From the NCBI GenBank assembly GCA_963815115.1, contig CAWFFN010000005.1:192001-256000 (forward strand): 64,000 nucleotides of DNA. The letters run 5' to 3'. This DNA is from an uncultured delta proteobacterium (GTDB taxonomy: Bacteria > Desulfobacterota > Binatia > DP-6). A program made the translations under genes and the position numbers. Below, in pieces: positions 21,093 to 29,994 of the stretch. The notes under the pieces were generated by a model. It did no database searches and was not told the DNA's origin. It was given only the letters and a program-made list of their open reading frames with translations. Position 1 is the stretch's first letter. Every line of letters begins with the position of its first letter.

Positions 21093-22040
21093 ATGCGCTT
21101 CGGCATCCACGCCGGACCCCAGGACTGCACCGTCGACGACCTGCGCCGGCTCTGGAAGATCGCGGACGAGCAGGGATTCCACTGGTGTTCCGTATGGGAC
21201 CACCTCTACTCCGTTTCCGATCTCTCGAACCCCGCGAAGCCCTCCTTCGAGGGGATCGCCACCATGGCGGCGCTGGCCCAGGCCACCCGCACCGTCCGCG
21301 TCGGCTGCCTGGTGTTCTGCGTCGGCTACCGCAACCCGGGGGTGCTGCTGAAGGCGGCCGTCACCATCGACCACCTGAGCGCCGGGCGCTGCGAGCTCGG
21401 GCTCGGCGCGGGCTGGAACGAGAACGAGTTCCGGGCCTTCGGCATGCCGTTCCTCCCCATCAAGGACCGGCTCGATCACCTCGAGGAGACGGTCACGGTG
21501 CTACGACGCCTGCTCGACGGCGAGCGCGTCACGTTCCAGGGGAAGCATCTCGAGCTCGACGACGCGCTGTGCGAGCCGCGGCCGGTGCAGCAGCGCCTGC
21601 GGCTCTGGATCGGTGGCCAGGGCGAGCGCCGCCTGCTCCGCATGGTCGCCCGCCATGCCGACGGGTGGAACGTCCCGTTCCTTTCTCCCGAGTTCTACGC
21701 CATGCGCAACGGCACCCTGAACGACTGGTGCGAGAAGGAGCGCCGCGACCCGCAGTCGATCGTCCGCACCTGTAACGTCGGGCTCGCCATCGGCGAGAAC
21801 GACGCGCGCGCGCGCCAGCAGGAGGACAAGCTCCAGCTCATGTTCGGCGCCCTCACCGACTTCGTGAAGCCGGGACACCTCATCGGGACGCCGGCGCAGG
21901 TTCGCGACCGCGTCGGCGAGTACGCCCGCGCCGGCGCGGAGTGGGTCATCCTGGCGCTGCGGGCGCCGTTCGACTGGGAGGGCCTCGACCTCTTCATTCG
22001 CGACGTCATGCCCGCGTTTCGCCAGGAGGCGTCATGCTGA
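21093..22040 (+). CDS. LLM-class (probably F420-dependent) oxidoreductase
   Basis: WDHL, YRNPG, LGLGAGW and WIGGQGE motifs. Confidence 0.9.
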   Translation: MRFGIHAGPQDCTVDDLRRLWKIADEQGFHWCSVWDHLYSVSDLSNPAKPSFEGIATMAALAQATRTVRVGCLVFCVGYRNPGVLLKAAVTIDHLSAGRCELGLGAGWNENEFRAFGMPFLPIKDRLDHLEETVTVLRRLLDGERVTFQGKHLELDDALCEPRPVQQRLRLWIGGQGERRLLRMVARHADGWNVPFLSPEFYAMRNGTLNDWCEKERRDPQSIVRTCNVGLAIGENDARARQQEDKLQLMFGALTDFVKPGHLIGTPAQVRDRVGEYARAGAEWVILALRAPFDWEGLDLFIRDVMPAFRQEASC

Positions 22041-22903
22041 TCTACATCGACGGCGAGCTCCGGTCTCGCGAGACCGCGACCATCTCGGTCTTCGATCACG
22101 GGCTCCTCTACGGCGACGGCGTCTTCGAAGGCATCCGGGTCTACAACCGCCGCATCTTCCGGCTCGACGCGCATCTCGACCGGCTGTACGAGTCGGCGCG
22201 CGCGATCGCCCTCGGGATCCCCCTCGTGCAAGCCGAGATGGCCGAGGCGGTGCGGCGAACGGTGCGCGAGAACCGCAAGGAGGATGGCTACATCCGCCTG
22301 ATCGTCACGCGCGGCGCCGGCGACCTGGGACTCGACCCGCGGAAGTGCGAGCGCCCCACCGTGATCATCATCGTCACCGACATCCAGGTGTATCCCGCGG
22401 CGCTCTACGCGGCGGGCATCAGGGTCGTCACCTCGGCGACCCGGCAGGTGTCGCACGAGGCGGTCGACCCGCGCGTCAAGTCGCTCAACTATCTCAAGAA
22501 CGTGCTCGCCAAGATCGACGCCGTGCAGGCCGGCGCCGAGGAGGCGATCATGCTGAACCAGGACGGCTTCGTCGCCGAGTGCACCGCGGACAACCTGTTC
22601 GTCGTCCGCGGCGGCGCGCTCCTCACGCCGTCGCCGCAGGACGGCGCGCTCGAGGGCATCACGCGCGGCGCCGTCCTCGCGCTCGCCGCCGAGGCGGGCG
22701 TCGAGGCGCGCGAGGGGCGCCTGACGCGCTTCGACCTGCACACCGCGTCGGAGTGCTTCCTCACCGGCACCGGCGCCGAGGTCATGCCGGTGATCGAGGT
22801 GGACGGCCGGCGCATCGGCGACGGCACCCCCGGGGAGCTGACCCGACGCCTGCAGCAGGCCTTCCAGGCGCTGGCGCGCGCCGAGGGCGACCCGCTCTGG
22901 TGA
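22034..22903 (+). CDS. ilvE: Branched-chain amino acid aminotransferase
   Basis: DHGLLYGDGVFEGIR, VKSLNY, LEGITR and TGTGAE motifs. Confidence 0.93.
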   Translation: MLIYIDGELRSRETATISVFDHGLLYGDGVFEGIRVYNRRIFRLDAHLDRLYESARAIALGIPLVQAEMAEAVRRTVRENRKEDGYIRLIVTRGAGDLGLDPRKCERPTVIIIVTDIQVYPAALYAAGIRVVTSATRQVSHEAVDPRVKSLNYLKNVLAKIDAVQAGAEEAIMLNQDGFVAECTADNLFVVRGGALLTPSPQDGALEGITRGAVLALAAEAGVEAREGRLTRFDLHTASECFLTGTGAEVMPVIEVDGRRIGDGTPGELTRRLQQAFQALARAEGDPLW

Positions 22904-22910
22904 TCGCCGG

Positions 22911-23603
22911 CTACTGCCGCGGCGACCAGGACGCGCAGCGCAGCAACTTCGACTCCCAGCGTTCGCGGTAGCGGAGCCCCTCCACCATCCATCCGCCGCG
23001 CTGCGCGCCCTGCTCGCCGCGGGCGAGCAGGGCGGTGAAGCGTGGCCAGTCGAGGATCTTCTGCAGGAGCACCACCTCGTGGTGGCGGCCCGTGCCGGGC
23101 GCGACGCTCCAGCAGGCCTCGACCGAGATCATGCGGGTCTTCAGGATCTGCGGGTAGTAGATCGAGCCCAGCGCTCCGACGTACTCGTCGAGCTTGCCGG
23201 AGTACGGCCAGCCCGTGTCGTGCAGGTAGAGCGCGGGCTGGTCGACCGAGACCGACGCCGGCGGCGCGTCGAGATCGATGTCGCCGAGCGGCGACCACGG
23301 CGCGGGCTCCAGCATCTTCGCCGTCACCTCCCGGCGCACTTCCCAGACGCGCCGCTGCCAGTCGCGGTAGCGCGCGTCGGCCGCCATGCGCTCGCGGAGC
23401 GCGCCCCACGTCGCCCAGTCCCGCACTGCCGTGATGGAGAGGGCCTGATAGCTGGCTCCCGTGCCGTGGGTCAGGTGCCAGAACCAGAGCAGCCGTACCC
23501 CGCCGTGCTCTTCGACGAGTGGCCGCCAGAGTGTTCGCACCGCCTCCTCGAACTCCTCCATCTTGCCGCCGGCGACCTCGTGGGTCTCGTGGACGAAGAG
23601 CAT
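22911..23603 (-). CDS. NIPSNAP-like two-domain protein
   Basis: LFVHETHEV, HGTGASY and WESKLLRCASWSP motifs. Confidence 0.7.
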   Translation of the reverse strand: MLFVHETHEVAGGKMEEFEEAVRTLWRPLVEEHGGVRLLWFWHLTHGTGASYQALSITAVRDWATWGALRERMAADARYRDWQRRVWEVRREVTAKMLEPAPWSPLGDIDLDAPPASVSVDQPALYLHDTGWPYSGKLDEYVGALGSIYYPQILKTRMISVEACWSVAPGTGRHHEVVLLQKILDWPRFTALLARGEQGAQRGGWMVEGLRYRERWESKLLRCASWSPRQ

Positions 23604-23706
23604 CCCGCGCGCATAGCGAGAGTCGGCGCTTCGGCGCAAGGGGGAACCGCGGGTTCGTCCACGGATTGCACCGCCACCGCCCGCAGGGTAGCGGCGAAGC
23701 GGTCAG

Positions 23707-26112
23707 ATGCCCCTCGACGAGTACCATCGCAAGCGCGACTTCCGTCGGACGCCCGAGCCAGCCGGGTCGGTCGCCGCCGCACCGGGTGGTCGTTTCGTGA
23801 TTCAGCGCCATGCCGCTCGACGCCTCCACTACGACTTCCGGCTGGAGATGGACGGCGTGCTCAAGAGCTGGGCCGTGCCGAGAGGCCCGAGCCTGGATCC
23901 CGTCGAGAAGCGCCTCGCCGTGCACGTCGAGGACCATCCCCTCGACTACGCCACCTTCGAGGGGGTGATCCCGGCGGGGGAGTACGGAGCGGGCGACGTG
24001 CTGCTGTGGGATCATGGCCAGTGGACGCCCGTGGGCGACGCGGAGGACGGCTACCGTCGCGGCAAGCTCAAGTTCGTGCTGGCGGGCCAGAAGCTGCGCG
24101 GTGGCTGGACGCTGGCGCGGATGGGAGGCCGGGCGTCGGAGGGCGGCAAGAACTGGCTGCTGCTGAAGGAGCGCGACGCGGAGGCGCGCTCCGCGACCGA
24201 CGGCGACATCCTCGCCGAGCGACCGGAGAGCGTCGCCGCGGTGGCCTTCGAACCGCTGCCGGCCCGTCTCGCGCCGCAGCTCGCGATCCTGGCCGAGGAG
24301 GCGCCCGGCGGCGACGGCTGGCTGCACGAGATCAAGTACGACGGCTACCGCGCCCTCTGCCGGATCGAGGAGGGGCGGGCACGGCTCTTCACGCGCAGCG
24401 GCCAGGACTGGAGCGAGCGCTTCGGGCCGGTGGCGCGGGCGTGCGCCCGCCTGCCCGTCCAGTCGGCGTGGCTCGACGGCGAGGTCGTCGTCCTCGACGC
24501 CGACGGGCGCACCAGCTTCGAGGGTCTCCAGCAGGCGCTCGGCTCTCCGGCGGCCGCTGGCGACCTGCGCTACGTCGTCTTCGATCTCCTGCACCTCGAC
24601 GGCGCGGACCTGCGCGCCCAGCCGCTGGAGCAGCGCAAGCAGCGCCTCGCGGCGCTGGTCCGGCGCGTCGCGGACGACACCGTCCGCTACGGTGACCACG
24701 TCGTGGGACGCGGCGAGGCGTTCCTGGATCAGGCGCGCACTTACGGCCTCGAGGGCATCGTGTCGAAGCGGCGCGCCGCGCCCCACCGCGACGGCCGCCA
24801 TGCCGACTGGCGCAAGATCCGCTGCCACGAGCGGGGCGAGTTCGTGGTGGGCGGCTTCACCGATCCCGCGGGCTCGCGTGCCGGCTTCGGCGCCCTGCTG
24901 CTGGGCGTGAACGAGGGCCCGGGACCCATCACGTTCGTCGGGCGGGTCGGGACCGGGTTCTCGGACGCCCGGCTCGGCGACCTCCACCGCCGCCTGGCCG
25001 CGCTCGAGGATGCGACCACGCCCTTCGTGCCCTTCCCGGACGTCCCCCCGGGGACGCACTGGGTGCGCCCCGAGCTGGTTGCCGAGGTCACCTTCACCAA
25101 CTGGACGCGTGACGGGCGGCTGCGCCATCCCGTGTTCGTCGGCCTGCGCGACGACAAGCCCGCGAGCGAGGTCGTCCGGGAGCGGCCGCGCGCGATTCCG
25201 GCGCCGCGACGCGCCGACGAGACGGTCGAGCTGGAAGGCGTGCGTCTCTCGCACCCGGATCGCGCGCTGTGGCCCGAGGTGGGCGTCACGAAGCTCGAGC
25301 TGGCACGCTACTACGTCGCCGTCGCGGGCTGGATCCTGCCCCACGTCGCCGGGCGTCCGCTCGCCGTCGTGCGCGGGCCGCGTGGCCACGCGGGCACGAC
25401 CTTCTTCCAGAAGCACCTCGCCGCCGGGATGCCGGAGGCGATCCGCAGCGTCCGGCTGGAGGACGAGGAGGGCGTGAAGGACCACCTGGTGATCGACTCC
25501 GCCGCCGGCCTGGTCGCGCTCGTGCAGCTCGACGTGCTCGAGATCCATGCCTGGGGGGCGCGTGCGGATCGCGTGGAGCGGCCCGATCGCCTGGTGCTCG
25601 ATCTCGATCCCGACGAGTCGCTGCCATGGGACGCCGTCGTGGGCGCGGCGCGCGCCGTCCGGCTGCGCCTCGACCACCTCGGGCTCGCGAGCTTCGTGAA
25701 GACGACCGGCGGCAAGGGCCTGCACGTGGTGGTGCCGCTGGCCCGCCGGCACGGCTGGGTCGAGATGAAGGCGTTCGCGCGCGCGGTCTCGAACGACCTC
25801 GCGCGGCGGCTTCCCGACGCGTTCACCGTGAGCTCGGCCAAGGCCGCGCGCCGCGGGAAGATCTACCTCGACTACCTGCGCAACGGCCGCGGCGCCACGG
25901 CGGTGGCGGCGTACTCGGCGCGGGGACGACCCGGCGCGCCCGTGTCGGTGCCCCTGTCGTGGCGCGAGCTCGGCGGACCGCGCGGCGAGCTGACCGTGCG
26001 CACGGTGCCGGAGCGGCTGGCCAGGCTGCGCGCCGACCCGTGGGCCGGCATGGCCACCACGAACCAGTCGATCACGAGTGCGATGCGGACCGCCCTGCGG
26101 CTGCCCAGCTGA
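23707..26112 (+). CDS. ligD: DNA ligase D (phosphoesterase-ligase-polymerase)
   Basis: HYDFRLE PE domain, EIKYDGYR ligase motif I, DLDP/KTTGGKGLH polymerase domain. Confidence 0.96.
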   Translation: MPLDEYHRKRDFRRTPEPAGSVAAAPGGRFVIQRHAARRLHYDFRLEMDGVLKSWAVPRGPSLDPVEKRLAVHVEDHPLDYATFEGVIPAGEYGAGDVLLWDHGQWTPVGDAEDGYRRGKLKFVLAGQKLRGGWTLARMGGRASEGGKNWLLLKERDAEARSATDGDILAERPESVAAVAFEPLPARLAPQLAILAEEAPGGDGWLHEIKYDGYRALCRIEEGRARLFTRSGQDWSERFGPVARACARLPVQSAWLDGEVVVLDADGRTSFEGLQQALGSPAAAGDLRYVVFDLLHLDGADLRAQPLEQRKQRLAALVRRVADDTVRYGDHVVGRGEAFLDQARTYGLEGIVSKRRAAPHRDGRHADWRKIRCHERGEFVVGGFTDPAGSRAGFGALLLGVNEGPGPITFVGRVGTGFSDARLGDLHRRLAALEDATTPFVPFPDVPPGTHWVRPELVAEVTFTNWTRDGRLRHPVFVGLRDDKPASEVVRERPRAIPAPRRADETVELEGVRLSHPDRALWPEVGVTKLELARYYVAVAGWILPHVAGRPLAVVRGPRGHAGTTFFQKHLAAGMPEAIRSVRLEDEEGVKDHLVIDSAAGLVALVQLDVLEIHAWGARADRVERPDRLVLDLDPDESLPWDAVVGAARAVRLRLDHLGLASFVKTTGGKGLHVVVPLARRHGWVEMKAFARAVSNDLARRLPDAFTVSSAKAARRGKIYLDYLRNGRGATAVAAYSARGRPGAPVSVPLSWRELGGPRGELTVRTVPERLARLRADPWAGMATTNQSITSAMRTALRLPS

Positions 26113-26168
26113 AGCCGCCCGGAGCAGGCTCTTGCGTCCCGCTGTCTGCTTGTCTAGCAAGTGGTAGC

Positions 26169-27023
26169 GTGCAACAGCCACCTCGCACAGCCCTGCTCGC
26201 ATCCGAGCCGGACGATCGGGTCGAGTTCGCAACCGTGCCGGAGGTTCCGGGGGTGGAGTTCTTCAGGGTCGACGCGGTGGCACGGCTGTGGCGCTGGCAC
26301 CACGAGACCTACACCGTGTCCAGCCCCCCCGAGCCGATGCAGGTCGAGTGGCGTTATCGCACGCGGCTCCACCGAACCGATCCCGCAACGATCGCCTTCA
26401 TGGAGCCCGGCGAGGTGCACGTCGAACTTCACAAGACCGCGCGGTACGAGCGGCTGCGGGTGCTGTTCTTCTCGCCCGAGATCGTGCACGCGGCGGCCCG
26501 GGAGCTCGGCCGTCCGAGCGCTGAGGTGCACTGGCGTGACGGGCAGCAGAGTCACCCGGATCTGCAGGGCGAGCTCCTGCGCACCCATGCGGCGTTCGAG
26601 ACCGAGACCACGACGCTCGAGCGCCAGTCGCGCATCGCGCACGTGCTCGAGCGTCTGCTGACCGAGTGCTCCGACTCGCGCTCCCCACATCCGCCGGCGA
26701 CGCTTGAACCCGACGCCGTGCGGAAGGCGCGGACCTTCCTGCTCGACCGCTGGGCCGACAACGTCTCGCTGGAGGAGCTGGTCGGCGTCGCGGGGATCGG
26801 TCGCTTCCGCCTCGTCCGCGCGTTTCACGCTGCGATCGGGCTGCCTCCGCACGCGTACCAGATCCGCGTGCGGGTGGGACGCGCAATGAGCATGATCCGG
26901 ATGGGGAGGCCGCTCGTGCAGGTGGCGGCGAACACGGGCTTCACGGATCAGAGCCACCTGGCGCGCCACTTCAGGCGGATCGTCGGCATCGCCCCCGGTC
27001 GCTACCGGCAGGCGGTGCGCTGA
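26169..27023 (+). CDS. AraC family transcriptional regulator (start uncertain)
   Basis: GLPPHAY and GFTDQSHLARHF HTH; N-terminal HHETY cupin. Confidence 0.9.
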   Translation: MQQPPRTALLASEPDDRVEFATVPEVPGVEFFRVDAVARLWRWHHETYTVSSPPEPMQVEWRYRTRLHRTDPATIAFMEPGEVHVELHKTARYERLRVLFFSPEIVHAAARELGRPSAEVHWRDGQQSHPDLQGELLRTHAAFETETTTLERQSRIAHVLERLLTECSDSRSPHPPATLEPDAVRKARTFLLDRWADNVSLEELVGVAGIGRFRLVRAFHAAIGLPPHAYQIRVRVGRAMSMIRMGRPLVQVAANTGFTDQSHLARHFRRIVGIAPGRYRQAVR

Positions 27024-27040
27024 GCCGCGCGCAGCTGGCG

Positions 27041-27631
27041 TCAGGCTGCCGCGAGCGCGGAGCGCCGGCGTCGGGTCGCGACGCGGATCGCCAGGGCGAC
27101 GAGCAGGAGCGCCACCGGGATCAGCTTGAGCGGCGCCCGCGCGCTGCCGAGCGCGTAGGTGATCAGGAAGATCTGCCAGATCCAGTACCCCCCGACGGTG
27201 TGCAGGAGCTGCCAGCGCCGGGGCCCGAGCCACGCGACGCTGGCGTCGTTCGAGGTCGCCGCCATGGCGGCGACGAAGACGTACCCGATGCCGCCGACCA
27301 CGATCGTGCTCGTCGCGGTGCCGCTCCAGAACGACGCGGGGGAGCTCCTCAGGAGCGCGAGGATCGCCACCAGGTGCAGGAAATGGGACGCCGCGAACGA
27401 CAGTCCGAGATGGCGCCGGTTGGCGAGGAGCCAGCGCGTCACCGCGCCGGGTCGGAGCCGGAATGCGGCCGAAGCGCTGAAGGCGAGCAGGAAGAGCGCC
27501 AGCGAGGTGCGCGCCGTCAGCCGGATGACCGCGCGGATGCCGTCCTCGCCGGTACCGGCGAATCCCAGCACCGCGAGGCAGAGCCCGCACACGACCGCGG
27601 TCGCGACGCCGACGAGGCGCGGGCCGGCCAT
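27041..27631 (-). CDS. Ferric-reductase-like transmembrane protein (MsrQ-like)
   Basis: NRRHLGLSFAASHFLH and ATSND..WQLLH motifs. Confidence 0.8.
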   Translation of the reverse strand: MAGPRLVGVATAVVCGLCLAVLGFAGTGEDGIRAVIRLTARTSLALFLLAFSASAAFRLRPGAVTRWLLANRRHLGLSFAASHFLHLVAILALLRSSPASFWSGTATSTIVVGGIGYVFVAAMAATSNDASVAWLGPRRWQLLHTVGGYWIWQIFLITYALGSARAPLKLIPVALLLVALAIRVATRRRRSALAAA

Positions 27632-28767
27632 CACCGGAACCGCGGCGCGATCTCGGTGGCGAACAGCTCGATCGATCGCATCACCTTGTCGTGCGGGATG
27701 CGATCCGCCTGCATCAGCGCGATGAAGTGGTCGAGTCCCGCCTCCGCGTAGCGCTCGACCTTGCGCAGGCAGTGGTCGACGTCGCCGACGATCACCATGT
27801 CCTCCGAGTCGAGGTCGTCGAAGGTGCACTTGTTCTTCATGCATCTTGAGGATCGATCGGGTACTCCTTCGCGATCATGTCGCGATACGGCGTGCTCTTG
27901 ATCTCCACGATCGGCGTACTCGCGCTCGCATGCCGCGCCCGCGCGGGTCGGCGAAGCCGCCGAGCACGCGGAAGGCGTAGAGCAGGTAGTTGATCGCGGC
28001 GTCGGCGCCGCCGTTGGCGATCGCGTCGGCCTTCGAGTCTCGGCGACGTGGACGATGGTGAAGGCGCCGACCCGGTCGTTGACGAACTTGCCGACCGGCT
28101 TGGCGTCGCGCAGCGCCGCCCGGTAGGCGCGCACGCGGTCCGCGAGCTGCGGTACGCTGACGAAGATGGTCAGGCCGAGGATGCCGATGCCGTTGCGGCC
28201 CGGCCAGCTCCCACGACTGCGGGCTGGTCGCCGCCATCCAGATCGGCGGGTGCGGCTTCTGCAGCGGCTTCGGGATGATGCTGCGCGGACGGGATCGAGA
28301 CGAAGCGGCCCTGGTACTCGAAGGGGTCCTCCGTCCACATGCGCGGGATGATCTCGAGCGACTCCTGCCACATGTCGCGCGAGTGCTCGGTGTCGATCTC
28401 GAAGCCGGCCTGCTCGTACTGGCTCGAGCGGCCGGTGCCGAACTCGACCCGGCCGTCGGAGAGGATGTCGAGCGCCGCGACCCGCTCGGCCACCCGGATC
28501 GGGTGGTTGAACTTGTGCGGCAGCAGCATGACGCCGTGGCCGATGCGGATGCGCTTCGTGCGCTGCGACGACCGCGGCGAGGAACACCTCGGGCGCCGAC
28601 GAGTGCGCGAACTCGGTGAGGAAGTGGTGCTCGACCGCCCAGACGGTGTCGAAGCCGAGCCGGTCGGCGAGCACGATCTGCTCGAGCGCCTCGTGATAGC
28701 AGCGGTACTCGCTGCGCTCGTCGTGCGGCTTCGGGATCTGGAGCTCGTAGAGGAGGTCGAACTTCAT
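27631..28767 (-). CDS. LLM-class flavin-dependent oxidoreductase with several frameshifts
   Basis: AVEHHF..SSAPE, DILSDGRVEFGTGRS and PKPLQKPHPP lie in different frames. Confidence 0.8.
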   Translation of the reverse strand: MKFDLLYELQIPKPHDERSEYRCYHEALEQIVLADRLGFDTVWAVEHHFLTEFAHSSAPEVFLAAVVAAHEAHPHRPRRHAAAAQVQPPDPGGRAGRGARHPLRRPGRVRHRPLEPVRAGRLRDRHRALARHVAGVARDHPAHVDGGPLRVPGPLRLDPVRAASSRSRCRSRTRRSGWRRPARSRGSWPGRNGIGILGLTIFVSVPQLADRVRAYRAALRDAKPVGKFVNDRVGAFTIVHVAETRRPTRSPTAAPTPRSTTCSTPSACSAASPTRAGAACEREYADRGDQEHAVSRHDREGVPDRSSRCMKNKCTFDDLDSEDMVIVGDVDHCLRKVERYAEAGLDHFIALMQADRIPHDKVMRSIELFATEIAPRFR

Positions 28768-28835
28768 CGCCGCACGGTATGCGACGTCGGCGCGGTGCGG
28801 TGCAAGTCGCGGCGCGGCGGGGTAGGGTGATCGAC

Positions 28836-29612
28836 ATGGCCGAGTTCGCCCTTCCGCGCAGCGAGGAGCCGTTCGACTTCCGCCACCAGGCGGCGATCTA
28901 CGCGCGCTATCGCCGTGACTACTCGGCAGACCTCTACGACGCGATCGGTGCGCGCACCGGTCCCGCGGCGGGACGCCTCGCGATCGACGTCGGCTGCGGG
29001 ACGGGCTTCGTCACCGCGGGTCTCGGCCGCTACGGGTGGCGCGCGCTGGGCGTCGACTTCTCCGAGCCGATGCTCGCCGGAGCACGCGAGGCATGGGCGG
29101 GCCGGCTCCGGCTGGTGCGTGCGCGCGGCGAAGCGCTGCCGGTGCGCGACGGGCGCGCCGCGCTGATCACGTGCGGCACGTCCTTCCACTGGCTCGCACC
29201 GGCGCCGGGGCTGACGGAATTCACGCGCACGCTCGCGGGGGGCGGCTGGGTCGCGCTGTTCTGGCGCTACGCCGCGCCGGGCGAGCCGTCGACGCGGCTC
29301 GTGATGGAGGTGCTGCGCGCCACCAACGCCGCCGTGCCACCCGACTTCGAGCAGCTCCGCGTGCATCCGGTCGATCCCTTCGCCGGCTCGGGGCTGGAGT
29401 CGGTGCCCCCGGTCGTCCTCCGTTCCAGCCTCGAGTTCACCGCCGACGACTTTCACGGCTACGTGGCGACGCTCGAGTGGATCCGGCGCTTCGCGGGCGC
29501 GGGACATGCGGGGTTCCTGACCCGCCTGCGCGACGTGCTGGCGGAGCGCCACCCGGACGGCTTCTCGGAGCGCAACGAGGAGTATCTGTTCCTGGCCCGC
29601 AAGCCCGGCTAG
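28836..29612 (+). CDS. Class I SAM-dependent methyltransferase
   Basis: IDVGCGTG, VDFSEPML and SFHW motifs. Confidence 0.9.
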   Translation: MAEFALPRSEEPFDFRHQAAIYARYRRDYSADLYDAIGARTGPAAGRLAIDVGCGTGFVTAGLGRYGWRALGVDFSEPMLAGAREAWAGRLRLVRARGEALPVRDGRAALITCGTSFHWLAPAPGLTEFTRTLAGGGWVALFWRYAAPGEPSTRLVMEVLRATNAAVPPDFEQLRVHPVDPFAGSGLESVPPVVLRSSLEFTADDFHGYVATLEWIRRFAGAGHAGFLTRLRDVLAERHPDGFSERNEEYLFLARKPG

Positions 29613-29617
29613 GAGGG

Positions 29618-29763
29618 CGACCCGGAGGCGAGCGTGTGGCGTTCGGCGAATCGAGCGGACGCCGTGCCGCGGCGGCTTTGCCGCTCGCGGCACGACGAAC
29701 GCACGGTTCATCGAGTCTGATTCTCGCCCTCCGTCTCGACCCGAGACGGAGTCTCGGGTCGAG
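29618..29763 (-). repeat. Structured dispersed repeat copy 1 (REP/MITE-like)
   Basis: 13-bp palindrome ctcgacccgagac-gga-gtctcgggtcgag; reverse complement aligns with 59999-60203. Confidence 0.85.
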
Positions 29764-29994
29764 CTCCTAGGCCGGAGCGTACGCCTGCCGGAAGCCCAGG
29801 CCTCTCGCAAGCCGCAAGCCACCCGTCCGTCCGTTCGCTTGTCAGGGACGAATCGAACGCATAGGAGCACCTAGTCCTCGGCGGTGGCTGCGAAGGGCAG
29901 GAAGAGCTCGACCGTGGTGCGGAAGAGAATGACTGTGGGGAAATTCTTCGCGTTCTTTGCTGACGCCGTGGAAACCACGCGGTAATACCGGGTC

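Noticed and set aside
22489-26232. 1247-aa antisense ORF and many similar long overlapping ORFs
   Set aside because: R/A/G/P-rich shadow frames of real genes, expected in high-GC DNA
29764-29870. c-di-GMP riboswitch-like CTCCGGCCTA
   Set aside because: Lacks the GCAAA and GAAA P2 elements
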